Below are positions 24,557 to 38,045 of a stretch of 64,000 nucleotides of DNA, piece after piece; the stretch's first letter is position 1, and each line of letters opens with the position of its first letter. A program made the translations under genes and the position numbers. The DNA is from Torpedo marmorata (taxonomy: Eukaryota). The notes under the pieces were generated by a model that had not been told where the DNA came from, did no database searches, and was given only the letters and a program-made list of their open reading frames with translations. The stretch is taken from the NCBI GenBank assembly GCA_977017645.1, contig OZ360246.1:29202001-29266000 (forward strand), in the 5' to 3' direction.

Positions 24557-24879
24557 TTTACATTATTATTAAATTAACTGCCCTTGAAAAGATGGCAGTG
24601 AGGTATCATCGTGAAATGCAGCAGTCGTGACGACAGTACTTTTATAGTGCTGCTGTGCAGGGATTTCCAGGATTTAGACCTGGCGATGATGAAGGATATA
24701 ATTTCAAATTAGTGTGGTGCGTGCTTTTTGAGGAACCTGCAGATGGTTTTGCCTTGAGGCACCAGTTGCCTGGTTCTTTTGGGTGGTAGAGATCTAAGGT
24801 TTAGGAGGTGCTTTCGGAGTTAAACTATAAGTATTTGATAGGTTTGTGGTGATGCCCCACCTACTTACTCCGATAGGGC

Positions 24880-24965
24880 TGCAGATGTATGATCTGTGAG
24901 TTTGTGTTGTTATCAGTCACAGCAGATGTATGATCTATGAGTTTGTGTTGTTATCAGTCACAGCA
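24880..24965. repeat. 41-bp tandem duplication
   Basis: gcagatgtatgatct(g/a)tgagtttgtgttgttatcagtcaca occurs twice. Confidence 0.85.
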
Positions 24966-25349
24966 GCATCGCTCATATTGTACACCTTGAGTGAAGTTTG
25001 AAAGTACCAGTTACCAGCATCCTTAACATATATTATTCATGACGTAGCTTCTTAAGATAATCATCTTGAATCTTTGCTGTTACCACGCAGAATAGATCCT
25101 ATCCATCAAAATAACCACTGCTTTTCATCACTTTTAAATCCGTCGCTGATGAAAAGTCTTTTCCCACAGGAGGAAGTGTCCATTTTTTATAAGATTTATT
25201 GGCCACACAGCACTTGGATTTCAATTATCGCATTTCTGAGTCCTGGTAATTAGATGTTAATAATGACAGAGTTTGGAGCGATCAGATTATCATGGTGGTG
25301 TGCTGCCACTGGGGACCTTTACTGAAAGGGAGCATGAGTGATCAGGTTC

Positions 25350-26245
25350 CCACCTACTACATGATCCCACCACCAGACACATATTCACTTCTCCTCCCCT
25401 CTCCACCTTCTGCAGGGACCGCTCCCTCCGTGACTCCCTTGTCCACTCCTCCCTCCCCATTAATCGTCCCCTTGGCACCTACCCCTGTGACCACAGGAGA
25501 TGCTCAACTTGCGCCCACACGTCCTCCCTCACCACCATTTGGGGCCCCAAACAGTCCTTCCAAGTGAAGCAACATTTCATTTGTGAATCTGCAGGGGTCA
25601 TCTACTGCATCCGGTGCTCCCGTTGTGGTCTCCTCTAAATCTGAGAGACTGGGCGCAGACTGGGAGATCACTTTGTTGAGCACCTCGGCTCCGTCCGCCG
25701 CAATAGCGTGGATCTCCCAGTGGCCAACCCATTTCAATTCCCTGTCCCATTCCCTTGCTGACATGTCTGTCCATGGTCTCATGCACTGCCAGACTGAAAC
25801 CACCTGCAAATTGGAGGAGCAACACCTCAACTTCCGGCTGGGCACCCTCCAACCAGATGGCATTAAAATCGACTTCTCCGGTTTCCGCTTAAACCCCTCC
25901 CCCCACTTCTTCTTCTCCCTGTTGCCTTTCCCCCAGTTCTGTCTCTCTCTCTCTCTCTTCCCTTTTCCCTCTGTCTCCTTTCACAGAGCCAAAATCAATT
26001 GTCACCTCTCCTCTTATCATATTCAATTAACACCTTTTGTTGGTCTGGACTCCTCCCCCTGCCAGTCTACAGTCTTTATTCTGATGCCTTCCTGTTCTTT
26101 GCTTATTCCTTGGAGAAGGGCTCAGGCCTGAATCACCGGTAATATATCTTTACCTCCTATGGACGCTGCAAGACCGGCTGAGTTCCTCCAGCATTTCTGT
26201 CTGTTCTTACTACAGTCACAGCATCTGCAGACTTTCGTGTTTCAC
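25350..26245 (+). mobile_element. Neptune-like Penelope element, 3' part (Cys linker, GIY-YIG, pseudo-LTR)
   Basis: Encodes GTYPCDHRRCSTCAH and VIYCIRCSRCGLL; 3' end matches 50839-51332; caggttc repeated at 25343-25349 and 26246-26252. Confidence 0.85.
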
Positions 26246-26640
26246 CAGGTTCATGGCCCCAACAAGAGCTCTGCTCATTTTGATTTGTGTTTTCTGGTGT
26301 AAGTGTGGGATGAGTGAATTTACCATAACATGTTGTCTTCTTACTTCTGGGATTGATGCTGTTAATAGCTCTTTCTCCGCAGTTCATCTGCATCTCTCTC
26401 CTCAAAGAGGAAACCAGCCCTTGATCTTCCACTCCTTGCCAATGTTCTCCCCATCTTGCCTTTCTCGCTGAAGTCCCCGAACAAACTATCACATCCCAAA
26501 TCCATGCCCACCTTTCCTGATCTCTGTGTTTGAATCATCCAAACGGGTTTCTGCTCCTACTGCATCGCAGAAACTGCTCTGTCAAAATCTTTGTCCTGCT
26601 TTGTGACTTTGACAAAGATATAGCTTTCCTCCTCAACCTT

Positions 26641-26923
26641 AGTAAAACGCAAAAATCTGCAGACACCGTGGTTGAAGTAAAAACGCAATGCTGGAGAAAC
26701 TCAGCAGGTCATACAGTGTAGTTCATATAGCAAAGATAAACACACATAACCAACGTTTCGGGCTTGAGCCCTTCGAGGCAACATGACTGTGGGAGCAATA
26801 AGGCAACATTTTGCTCATATCTTGATGAAGGGCACAAGCCTGAAACGTTGGTTATGTATCTTTATCTTTGCAATATAAAGTACGCTGTTTGACCTGCTGA
26901 GTTTCTCCAGCATTGTGTTTTTA
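26641..26923. mobile_element. Non-autonomous fold-back Penelope derivative with two hammerhead-like motifs
   Basis: Inverted ~100-bp arms (about 26676-26773 and 26828-26925); direct repeat ctcctcaacctt at 26629-26640 and 26924-26935. Confidence 0.82.
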
Positions 26924-28299
26924 CTCCTCAACCTTTCTCAGTCTTTCTGCGGCCTTTGATGCGGTTGGTCATTCTCCTCCAATACCTTTCTATGGTCACC
27001 TTGCAGAGTAAGCCCAGACTCACCTGCTTTCAATCGTATCTACCCAGTTGTAGTTAGGGGTTTCTCCTCCCACTCCTGCACTATTCCCAACAGTGTGCCA
27101 TAATAATCTCTCTTTATCCCTCTCCTATTTCTCATCTACATACAGCCCCTTGGTAGAAACATCAGAAAATACAGCAAGAGCTTCCATTTGTACACTGGTA
27201 AACCCCGACCCTTTCTCACTACCCTCCTCCTTCACTAACCCCCCCTTCCCTCTCGAAGCTGTGAGACCACTTTTCCGACTTCCAGACAAGATGAGCAAAA
27301 ATTTTCTTGAAAGGAATATGGCGAATTCCAAAGGTATTGCCTTTGGTCATCCCTCTTCCTTGAAACTGTCTGGAAACGAGTCAGTTGTACGTTACTGATA
27401 GGAGAATCCAACCATAAATATATCCCATCACAAATTTCCATCTCTGCAGCCTTGCATAAGTCTGTCCCTCCCACAGTTTATCTGCTGTTGAAACCCTCAT
27501 TCTTGCCTTTGCTACTTCTAGACTTGACTGCTTTAATGGATCTAGTCACTCTCTTTCGTTCTACCATTCATAAACTCAAGGCCACATCCAGCCCTGTTCA
27601 CCTGCCCATACTGGCTACCACTTATACATACTCTTATTCTAAAAATTCTCATCCCTGCTTTGGAACCTTTATTTATGCATTGACAGGATGGGGGCATTGC
27701 TCACAAGGTCATCATTTAGTGCCTATTTCTCATTGTTCCTAAGAAAGTGGTGCCATCCACCTTCCTGAATCAGTGCAGTTCTGGGGAATGTTCTTGCACA
27801 ATGCATTGGGTGAGGAGTTCCAGGATCTAGCCCCAATGATGATGAAGGAAGGGGGCGTTTATTCCCAGGTCAGGATGGTGTGTGATTTGGAGCAGCGCCT
27901 GCAGTTGGTAGTCCTCGTTCACCTGCTGCCATGTCCTTGACCTTAGAGGTAGATGTGGCTGTTTGAGAGGTGCTGTTAGAAAGGGCGTGGTGAATAACTG
28001 CAGTGCAATTTCCAGATGGTACACACTGCAGCAATGATGGTGAAAGGAATGGACATGCACGGTGCTAATCATGCGGGCTGCATTGACCTGGCTGAAGTTG
28101 AGCTGTTTCAGTGTTGTTGAAGTTCAGTGTATCCCATCAAACTCCCAATGTATGATGGTGGAAAGACTCGAGGGTGGCAGGAGAGGAGACTCACCGCACC
28201 TTCCTGCTCTTGTACTCACACTATTAAACGGCTGGCCCATAGCGAGTTCTTGGTCAATGGTAACTCTCAGGATGTTTCTGGTGGGAGTCTTGGCCATGG

Positions 28300-28620
28300 A
28301 TGCCTCACAGCGTGGTACGAGAGCTGCTCTGCTCAAGATCGGAAGAAGCTACAGAAGGCTGTGCATGGAGCTTGAAAAGTTCCCTCCCCTCCATGGACTC
28401 CATCTGCATCTCCCGCTGCCTAGGAAAGGCAGCCAACTCAGTGAAGGATCCATCACACCCTGGACACACTCTCTTCTCCCTTCTCCCATCGGTGAGAAGG
28501 CTTACGAGTGTGAAAGCACGCACCAACAGGCTTAAAGACAGTTTCATTCCTGAAGCCATCAGGCTCCTGAATGATCCCCATAACAGTGCTCTCACATGCT
28601 GCCGTTGCCTAGTTCAAATT
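28300..28620 (+). mobile_element. Rex1-type LINE 3' fragment
   Basis: LPSMDSICISRCLGKAANSVKDPSHPGHTLFSLLPS...RLKDSFIPEAIRLLN. Confidence 0.8.
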
Positions 28621-28689
28621 GAACATTTATTCCATTGGAATCCTATACTCCGTAAATATGCTCCTAACATGGCTGTATAAATGTTAGAG

Positions 28690-28980
28690 GCAACCTGTTA
28701 GTCTGTTCACAGAAAAACCCTTCACACCGTAGCAGGTATTTTGTGACCAATAACATTAACCTAAGTTATAATAAAATGTGATGCTGTTGAAGGTCATGGA
28801 TAGGTGGTTTGATTCCCTTCCAGCGAAGGCGGCGTTCCCTGACACTCTTGTGGTGTAAATGTTATTCTCCATGGTGTGGCCATGCCTGAACGTGGTGCAA
28901 GTCTTACTGCACACAGGGACGGACTGCTCCATTTTTGAGGAGTTGTGAATGGAATTGAACATTGCACCATCATCCCCACG
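28690..28980 (-). mobile_element. CR1-type LINE RT remnant
   Basis: DDGAMFNSIHNSS...RESNHLSMTFNSIT resembles CR1 RT sequence after the ADD motif. Confidence 0.6.
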
Positions 28981-29779
28981 GAGTTCTTCCCCTCCCTCTG
29001 TCATCCCCTCCAGCAGCATACGTAGACCAGTCTCTGTCTGAAGCACGAAGTCAGTCAAACATCTGAATTGTTGAAGTGATGAGCGGAATATTATCATTCA
29101 GGACCATGACTGGCAATTAGTGAGACAAACCTTCGATTCATTGCTGATTAATGCGTCTGCACATCCGAGTATTGTGGTTAATTATTCTCAATGAAGACAG
29201 CCAATAAAAATGTACCGTTTCTACCTGCGGCATGGCTTATTTTATGGTGGGGACCAAGTCAGGCAAAAAGGCATAACAGTTTGTTGAATTTTGAGGGCAA
29301 GAATATTTTTATTCAGGATGTGTGCACTGCTATCATATTTAGGGTGAGTGGTGAGATGAGGAATGTGAAGGGGAAGTATTACACCCAGAGAGTGCTGAGT
29401 ATGTGGAATGGACTGCTGGAGACAGCAGTGGTAGCGGAGTTAATAACAGCATTGAACAAGTGTATAGACAAGCAATTAACTTGCCTGGGCATAGAAGGTG
29501 GGAGATTGGATTAATACAGGTGCCCACAGGTTGGCATGGACATAATGGGCTGAATGGCCTGTTTCTCTGCTATGTGACTCCATGATTTGAAATTTCTGAG
29601 ATGGTTGTGCAAAGTTCGCTTAAAATGTCAGGGACACACCACTCACACTAGTCACATTGCTCACAATCAGGGACACACTACTCACACATAGTCACATTGC
29701 TCACAATCAGGGACACACTAACATGTAGTCATATTGCTCACAATCAGGGACACACTACTCACACGTAGTCACATTGCTC

Positions 29780-30715
29780 TGTTATGGACCATGACTGACC
29801 ATTTGGATTGCGGACAGTCAGCAGGAAGGATGAAGTCTTTTGGAGAACACACTGGGACCTGGTACTGAAAGAGTTAACTTGCCCAGGACTTCTTCTACTC
29901 AGAGAGAGAGACAGACTGTGGAGAGATACTTTGTTGCACTTTTGCAAAAGCAGGTGCAAACCTCTGCAAAAAGCATTGAGGTTCAGTTGTTTTTGGAGTT
30001 GCAAAGGCTGGAGAACACAGCAAAATCCAGGCTTGTGCATCCCAGGGGAAAAGGCTGGGAGAATAGCACATGGCCTCCTGTCTCAGCAAAATCCTGAGTT
30101 AAAACAACTCTTGTGAAGAACAGGCGTGAGATCAGCGAGACCGGCTGTGAGATCCAAGTACACGCCTCAATCAGTGGTATACTGATTTGGAGTCGCAATC
30201 CTTGTGTATCTACCAAAAGGGAAATTCATCAGACAAGAAAAGCAGGCCAAGCATTCGTAAGCTTAAACAGTCATTGTCTCTCTCTCCAACGTTCATTAAG
30301 AAGTCCTTCTTGCCAGCACACAGAGCTGAATTTGAACCCTGAACAAAGAGAGTGAATTTTTGTGGACTGTATTTTTGGGACTGTCTTAGTTTTATGACTG
30401 ACCTGGGGGTATTGTGGAAGGTTTTCCATTTTTTTCATGAGGGTTGGGCACAGNNNNNNNNNNNNNNNNNNNNNNNNNNNNNNNNNNNNNNNNNNNNNNN
30501 NNNNNNNNNNNNNNNNNNNNNNNNNNNNNNNNNNNNNNNNNNNNNNNNNNNNNNNNNNNNNNNNNNNNNNNNNNNNNNNNNNNNNNNNNNNNTAGATGTT
30601 TATAGTGGGGTTAATTGTTGTGAAATGATATGTTTAATTGTCTTTAATAAATATAAATTTCAATTTTACCCCTTTTGCATTGCGTCTTCTGTCGTTGCTG
30701 GTTTGATTTGTAACA
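29780..30715 (+). mobile_element. Solo LTR, family A, copy 1 (contains the assembly gap)
   Basis: TGTTA...TAACA ends; 4-bp TSD gctc (29776-79, 30716-19); AATAAA about 65 bp from the 3' end. Confidence 0.88.
30454..30592. other. Assembly gap (139 N)
   Basis: Run of N. Confidence 1.
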
Positions 30716-31085
30716 GCTCACAATCTGGGAAACACTACTCACATGTAGTCACATTGCTCACAATCAGGGACACACTACTCACACATAGTCATATTGTTCA
30801 CAATCAGGGACACACTACTCACACAGTCACATTGCTCACGATGAGGGACACACTACTCACACAGTCACATTGCTCACGATCAGGGACACACTACTCACAC
30901 AGTCACATTGCACACGATCAGGGACACACTACTCACACAGTCAAATTGCTCACAATCAGGGACACACTACTCACACAGTCACATTGCACACAATCAGGGA
31001 CACACTACTCACATTGCTCACAATCAGGGACACACTACTCACACGTAGTCACATTGCTCACAATCAGGGACACACTAACACGTAG

Positions 31086-31935
31086 TGTTACAAATTCAAA
31101 CCAGCAACGACAGAAAACGGGTAAAATTGAAATTTATATTTATTAAAGACAATTAAACATATAATTTCACAACAATTAACCCCACTATAAACGTCTATAA
31201 ACACTATTCTTATTTAAAGAGTATGTGTTTGTGTGTGTGTAAAGCCCAGACCATTACAATCTGTGCCCAACCCTCATGTAAAAATGGAAAACCTTCCCCA
31301 AAACCCCCAGGTCAGTCATAAAATAAGTCAGTCCAAAAAATACAGTCCACAAAAATTCACTCTCTATGTTCAGGGTCCAAATTCAGCTCTGTGTGCTGGC
31401 AAGAAGGACTTCTTAATGAACGTTGGAGAGAGACAATGACTGTTTAAGCTTACAAATGCTTGGCCAGCTTTTCTTCTCTGATGGCTTTCCCTTTTGGTAG
31501 ATTCACAAGGATTATGACTCCAAATCAGTATACCACTGATTGAGGCATGTGCTTGGATCTCACAGCCGGTCTCGCTGATCTCACGCCTGTTCTTCACAAA
31601 AGTGGTTTTAACTCAGGATTTTGCTGATACAGGAGGCCATGTGCTATTCTCCCAGCCTTTTCCCCTGGGATGCACAAGCCTGGATTTTGCTGTGTTCTCC
31701 AGCCTTTGCAACTCCAAAACTGAATGCTTTTTGCAGAGGTTTGCACCTGCTTTTGCAAAAGTGCAACAAAGTATCTCTCCACAGCCTGTCTCTCTCAGGT
31801 GTCTCTCTCTCTGTGAGTACAAGAATGCCTGGGCAAGTTAACTCTTTCAGTACCAGGTCCCAGTGTGTACTCCAAAAGACTTCATCCTTCCTGCTGACCA
31901 TCTGCAGTCCAAATGGTCAGTCATGGTCCATAACA
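31086..31935 (-). mobile_element. Solo LTR, family A, copy 2 (850 bp)
   Basis: Reverse complement of copies 1 and 3; TGTTA...TAACA ends; 4-bp TSD gtag (31082-85, 31936-39). Confidence 0.9.
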
Positions 31936-34900
31936 GTAGTCACATTGCTCACAATCAGGGACACACTACTCACATGTAGTCACATTGCTCACAATCAGGG
32001 ACACACTACTCACATGTAGTCACATTGCTCACGATCAGGGACACACTACTCACATGTAGTCACATTGCTCACAATCAGGGACACACTACTCACACGTAGT
32101 CACATTGCTCACAATCAGGGACACACTACTCATACGTAGTCACATTGCTCACAATCAGGAACACACTACTCACACGTAGTCACATTGCTCACAATCAGGG
32201 ACAAACTACTCACACGTAGTCACATTGCTCACAATCAGGGACAAACTACTCACACGTAGTCACATTGCTCACAATCAGGGATACACTACTCACATGTGGT
32301 CACATTGCTCACAATCAGGGACACACTACTTAAACGTAGTCACATTGCTCACAATCAGGGACACACTAACATGTAGTCACATTGCTCACAATCAGGGACA
32401 CACTACTCACACATGGTCACATTGCTCACAATCAGGGCAGACTACTCACACGTAGTCACATTGCTCACAATCAGGGACACACTAACATGTAGTCACATTG
32501 CTCACAATCAGGGACACACTACTCATACGTAGTCACAATGCTCACAATCAGGGACACACTAACATGTAGTCACATTGCTCACAATCAGGGACACACTACT
32601 CATACGTAGTCACATTGCTCACAATCAGGGACACACTACTCACATGTAGTCACATTGCTCACAATCAGGGACACACTACTTAAACGTAGTCACATTGCTC
32701 ACAATCAGGGACACACTAACATGTAGTCACATTGCTCACAATCAGGGACACACTACTCACACATGGTCACATTGCTCACAATCAGGGCAGACTACTCACA
32801 CGTAGTCACATTGCTCACAATCAGGGACACACTAACATGTAGTCACATTGCTCACAATCAGGGACACACTACTCATACGTAGTCACAATGCTCACAATCA
32901 GGGACACACTAACATGTAGTCACATTGCTCACAATCAGGGACACACTACTCATACGTAGTCACATTGCTCACAATCAGGGACACACTACTCACATGTAGT
33001 CACATTGCTCACAATCAGGGAAACACTACTCACACGTAGTCACAATGCTCACAATCAGGGACACACTAACATGTAGTCACATTGCTCACAATCAGGGACA
33101 CACTACTCATACGTAGTCACATTGCTCACAATCAGGGACACACTACTCACATGTAGTCACATTGCACACAATCAGGGACACACTGACATGTAGTCACATT
33201 GCTCACAATCAGGGACACACTACTCACACGTAGTCACATTGCACACAATCAGGGACACACTACTGACTTGTGGTCACATTGCTCACGATCATGGACACAC
33301 TACTCTCACTTAGTCACTGCACACAATCAGGGACACACTACTCACACGTGGTCACATTGCTCACAATCAGGGACACACTAACACGTACTCACATTGCTCA
33401 TAATCAGGGACACACTAACACGTACTCACATTGCTCATAATCAGGGACACACTACTCACATGCAGTCACATTGCTCACAATCAGGGACTCACTACTCACA
33501 CGTAGTCACATTGCTCACAATCAAGAACACACTACTCACATGTAGTCACATTGCACACAATCAGGGACACACTACTCACACATGGTCACATTGCTCACAA
33601 TCAGGGCAGACTACTCACACGTAGTCACATTGCTCACAATCAGGACACACTACTCACATGTAGTCACATTGCACACAATCAGGGACACACTACTCACACG
33701 TAGTCACATTGCTCACAATCAGGGACACACTACTCACAATTAGTTACATTGCACACAATCAGGGACACACTACTCACACATGGTCACATTGCTCACAATC
33801 AGGGAAACACTACTCACATGTAGTCACATTGCTCACAATCAGGGAAGACTACTCATATGTAGTCACATTGCTCACAATCAGGGACACACTACTCACAAGT
33901 AGTCACATTGCACACAATCAGGGACACACTACTCACACATGGTCACATTGCTCACAATCAGGGACACACTACTCACACGTAGTCACATTGCACACAATCA
34001 GGGACACCCTTCTCACATGTAGTCACATTGCTCACAATCAGGGCAGACTATTCACATGTAGTCACATTGCTCACAATCAGGGACACACTACTCACATGTA
34101 GTCACATTGCTCACAATCAGGGACACACTACTCACATGTAGTCACATTGCTCACAATCAGGGACACACTGCTCACACTTAGTCACATTGTCACAATCAGG
34201 GACACACTACTCATATGTAGTCACATTGCTCACAATCAGGGACACACTAGTCACACATGGTCACATTGCTCACAATCAGGGCAGACTACTCACACGTAGT
34301 CACATTGCTCACAATCAGGGACACACTACTCACATGTAGTCACATTGCACATAATCAGGGACACACTGCTCACACTTAGTCACATTGCTCACAATCAGGG
34401 ACACACTACTCATACGTAGTCACATTGCTCACAATCAGGGACACACTAGTCACACATGGTCACATTGCTCACAATCAGGGCAGACTACTCACACGTAGTC
34501 ACATTGCTCACAATCAGGGACACACTAACATGTAGTCACATTGCTCACAATCAGGGATACACTACTCACATGTAGTCACATTGCACACAATCAGGGACAC
34601 ACTACTCACACGTAGTCACATTGTACACAATCAGGGACACACTACTCATACGTAGTCACATTGCTCACAATCATGGACACACTACTCACATGTATTCACA
34701 TTGCACACAATCAGGGACACACTACTCACACGTAGTCACCTTGCTCACAATCAGGGACACTCTAACATGTAGTCACATTGCTCACAATCAGGGACACACT
34801 AACATGTAGTCACATTGCTCACAATCATGGACACACTAACACATAGTCACATTGCTCACAATCAGGGACACACTACTCACATGTAGTCACATTGTTCACA

Positions 34901-36424
34901 ATCAGGGACACACTGACATGTAGTCACATTGCACACAATCAGGGACACACTACTCACATGCAGTCACATTGCTCACAATCAGGGACACACTACTCACATG
35001 TGGTCACATTGCTCACAATCAGGGACACACTACTCACATGTAGTCACATTGCTCACAATCAGGGGCACACTACTCACACTTAGTCACATTGCTGACATTC
35101 AGGGTACACTAACACGTAGTCACAATGCTCACAATCAGGGACACACTACTCACACGTGGTCACATTGCACACAATCAGGGACACACTAACACGTAGTCAC
35201 GTTGCACACAATCAGGGACACACTACTCACACTTAGTCACATTGCACACAATCAGGGACACACTAATACGTAGTCACAATGCACACAATCAGGGACACAC
35301 TACTCACACGTAGTCACATTGCACACAATCAGGGACACGCTACTCACACGTAGTCACATTGCACACAATCAGGGACACACTACTCACACGTAGTCAACAT
35401 TGCTCACAATCAGGGACACACTACTCACACGTCGTCACATTGCTCACAATCAGGGACACACTACTCACACGTCGTCACATTGCTCACAATCAGGGATACA
35501 TCATTCACAACTGGAGTGTGCTGCTCACACTCACACTGCTCACTGTTGGAGGTACACTGTTCACATGAAAGCTCATTTCACACAAGCAGAAGATTCTGTT
35601 CACTGAGAGAAGTTAATGTCTCTCTATAATCAGTAATTTTTTTGACATTTATCCGAAATGAAATTAAACTGAAAATCTCCAGCTGTGATAGATGTGCGCT
35701 CACTGGTTCTCTGAGAAAGATTAGTTGTGAAGCAATATATTTTTAATCCTTATCCTTGGTTGTCAGGAACACAAGATGCAGGGAGTACTCTGTAACTTAA
35801 CTTATATCCCAGGTGAATGATTATCCTCCTCTTTGCACTTGCATGTCACCTCTGAAAGAATCTGCCTTGCCCCGATGCACAAGTTCTTCCCGCTCCTCTG
35901 AGATCGTACTTTATATGTTTCCTGTCTAAAGGTTAGATTTACGGGAGATGGAAAATGGAAGAGGAAATTGATAGGACAAATTAGCAGGATTAGCCAAAGA
36001 GCACAGACTGAATGGCCTCCTTTAGCATTGTTGTGTTGCAACTCAGCTTGATCCTTGTTCTATCACGTACTTTTGTGGATCGAGTTTTAGTGTCCAAGTT
36101 CTATGCCAGTACCTGGATAATAAGATTGGGATATTCAAATGAAGATAGCTATAGAGCTGAGCTCGTATCTGTGGTCCGTCAATGTCTTCTTATTTGTGGT
36201 TCCCACTTAAAACTACCATTTCTATTTTAGTCATTTACATAATGGGGTAGTGAACTATCTTCTTGAACTGCCTGAGCTCTTCTGCTGAATATATTTCCAA
36301 AGTGCTGTTGGTGAGAGAGCTCCCGGATTTGGATACTACACACCAATAACTCAGTAGTGGAGAGAGTAAAGAACACCAAGTTCTTTGGAGTCCACTTAAC
36401 AAGTGACCTTTTGTGGACACTTGT

Positions 36425-37020
36425 CAGGAAGGCACAACAGTGACTGCACTTCCTGAGAGAAGACTGAAGCGGGCAAGGCTACCATTATGTCAACCTTCTA
36501 CAGGAGTTTTATTGAGTGTCCTGACCAGCTGCATCACAGTGTTGTACACTTGCTGCAGAGAAATGGATCGAAGGTCAATCCACAGGACCATGAGTGGCAG
36601 AGAGGATCACTGGAGTCTCCCTCCCCTCCATCGACGTGATCTACTGGGACTGTTGTCTGAAGTGGGGGTGCAAAATTGTGGAGGAACCCTACCACCCTGC
36701 ACACAGCATCTTTCAGCTACTCCCATCAGGAAAGAGATACAGGAGTATCAGAGCCAACACCACCAGGCTGAGAAACAGCTTCTTCCCGCGGGCAGTGAGA
36801 ATGCTGAACGACCAAAGGAATTGCTCACACTAACCATCGGAGACTCTAAAATTGACTGTAATATTTATTTTTATATATGAATACTTGTCCTGCACATGTA
36901 TTGTTTGTCTGTATGTGTGTTATGTCTGGTTGTGTGTCTGCGCGTTTTGCACCGAGGACTGGAGAACGCTGTTTTGTCGGGTTGTACTTGTACAATCAGA
37001 TGACAATAAACTTGAACTTA
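36425..37020 (+). mobile_element. Rex1-type LINE 3' fragment
   Basis: AERITGVSLPSIDVIY...HPAHSIFQLLPSGKRYRSIRANTTRLRNSFFPRAVRMLN; tail tgacaataaacttgaac. Confidence 0.85.
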
Positions 37021-37269
37021 ATGAAGGAACAAGGATTTATTTCCAAGTAAGCATGATGTTCATTGAGATAAATGCTTGCACTAGACCTGGCTTTCATGAC
37101 CAGGATTGAGGATTTGAGATGATTTTTCCCCTCCTTAATCGAGTAGTGCTAATGTTAAATGCTCAGATTGGCTGGGATCAGTGACTCAGCCCTGAACCTA
37201 AAGCTTGCTGATCAGTGTGTCTGGGATTTACACCAGTGGACCAGGATCATGGTCTGGTCTCAGCTTTAC

Positions 37270-38045
37270 CTCCACCACCCCTCTCACCTTCCCCCACCAC
37301 CACCCTCCACCCACCACCACCCTCCCTTCCCCCACCACCCCTCTCTCCCTTCCCCCACACCCCTGTCACCCACCCCCACCACCCCTCTCACCTTCCCCCA
37401 CCACCCCCTCTCACCCACCCCCCACCACCCATCTCTCCCTTCCCCCACTACCCCTCTCACCCACTCCCCACCACCCCTCTCACCTTCCTCCACCACCCCT
37501 CTCACCCTTCCCCCACCACCCCTCTCTCCCTCCCCCACCACCCCTCTCACCTTCCCCCATCACCTCTCTTCCTTCCCCCACCACCCTCCCTTCCCCCACC
37601 ACCCCTCTCCCTTCCCCCACCACCCCTCTCCCTTCCCCCACCATCCCTCTCCCTACCCCCAGCACCCCTCTCCCTTCCCCCACCACCCCTCACCCTTCCC
37701 CCAGCACCCCTCTCTCCCTTCCCCCAGCATCCCTCTCTCCCTTCCCCACCACCCCTCTCTCCCTCCCCCCACCACCTCTCTCCCTCCCCCACCACCCCTC
37801 TCACCCTACCCCAACCACCTCTCTCCCTTCCCCCACCATCCCTCTCACCCTACCCCAGCACCCATCTCACCCTTCTCCTACCACCTCTCTCCCTTCCCCC
37901 ACCACCCTCCTTTCTGTTTCCTGCCCTCCCTCCTCCTCTTCTCTCTCAACCTCCCCTCTCCCCATTCCCTCCCGTCTCTCTCTCTCTCCACTAGCCTCAC
38001 CCTTCCTCTCGCACTCCCTCCCACTTCTCCCTCTCTCCCTCTCTG
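37270..38045. repeat. C-rich low-complexity tract (ccaccacccctctcccttcc)n
   Basis: About 775 bp almost free of G on the + strand; source of spurious Pro/His-rich ORFs. Confidence 0.95.

Larger units (their letters stand above)
29628..35510. repeat. 40/37-bp minisatellite, roughly 100 units, interrupted by two solo LTRs
   Basis: Unit GTAGTCACATTGCTCACAATCAGGGACACACTACTCACAC; blocks at 29628-29779, 30716-31085 and 31936-35510. Confidence 0.97.

Noticed and set aside
29628-35510. CRISPR-like array, or coding ORFs with SHIAHNQGHTT repeats
   Set aside because: Units are contiguous with no unique spacers, there are no cas genes, and the context is vertebrate; the ORFs are translations of the minisatellite.
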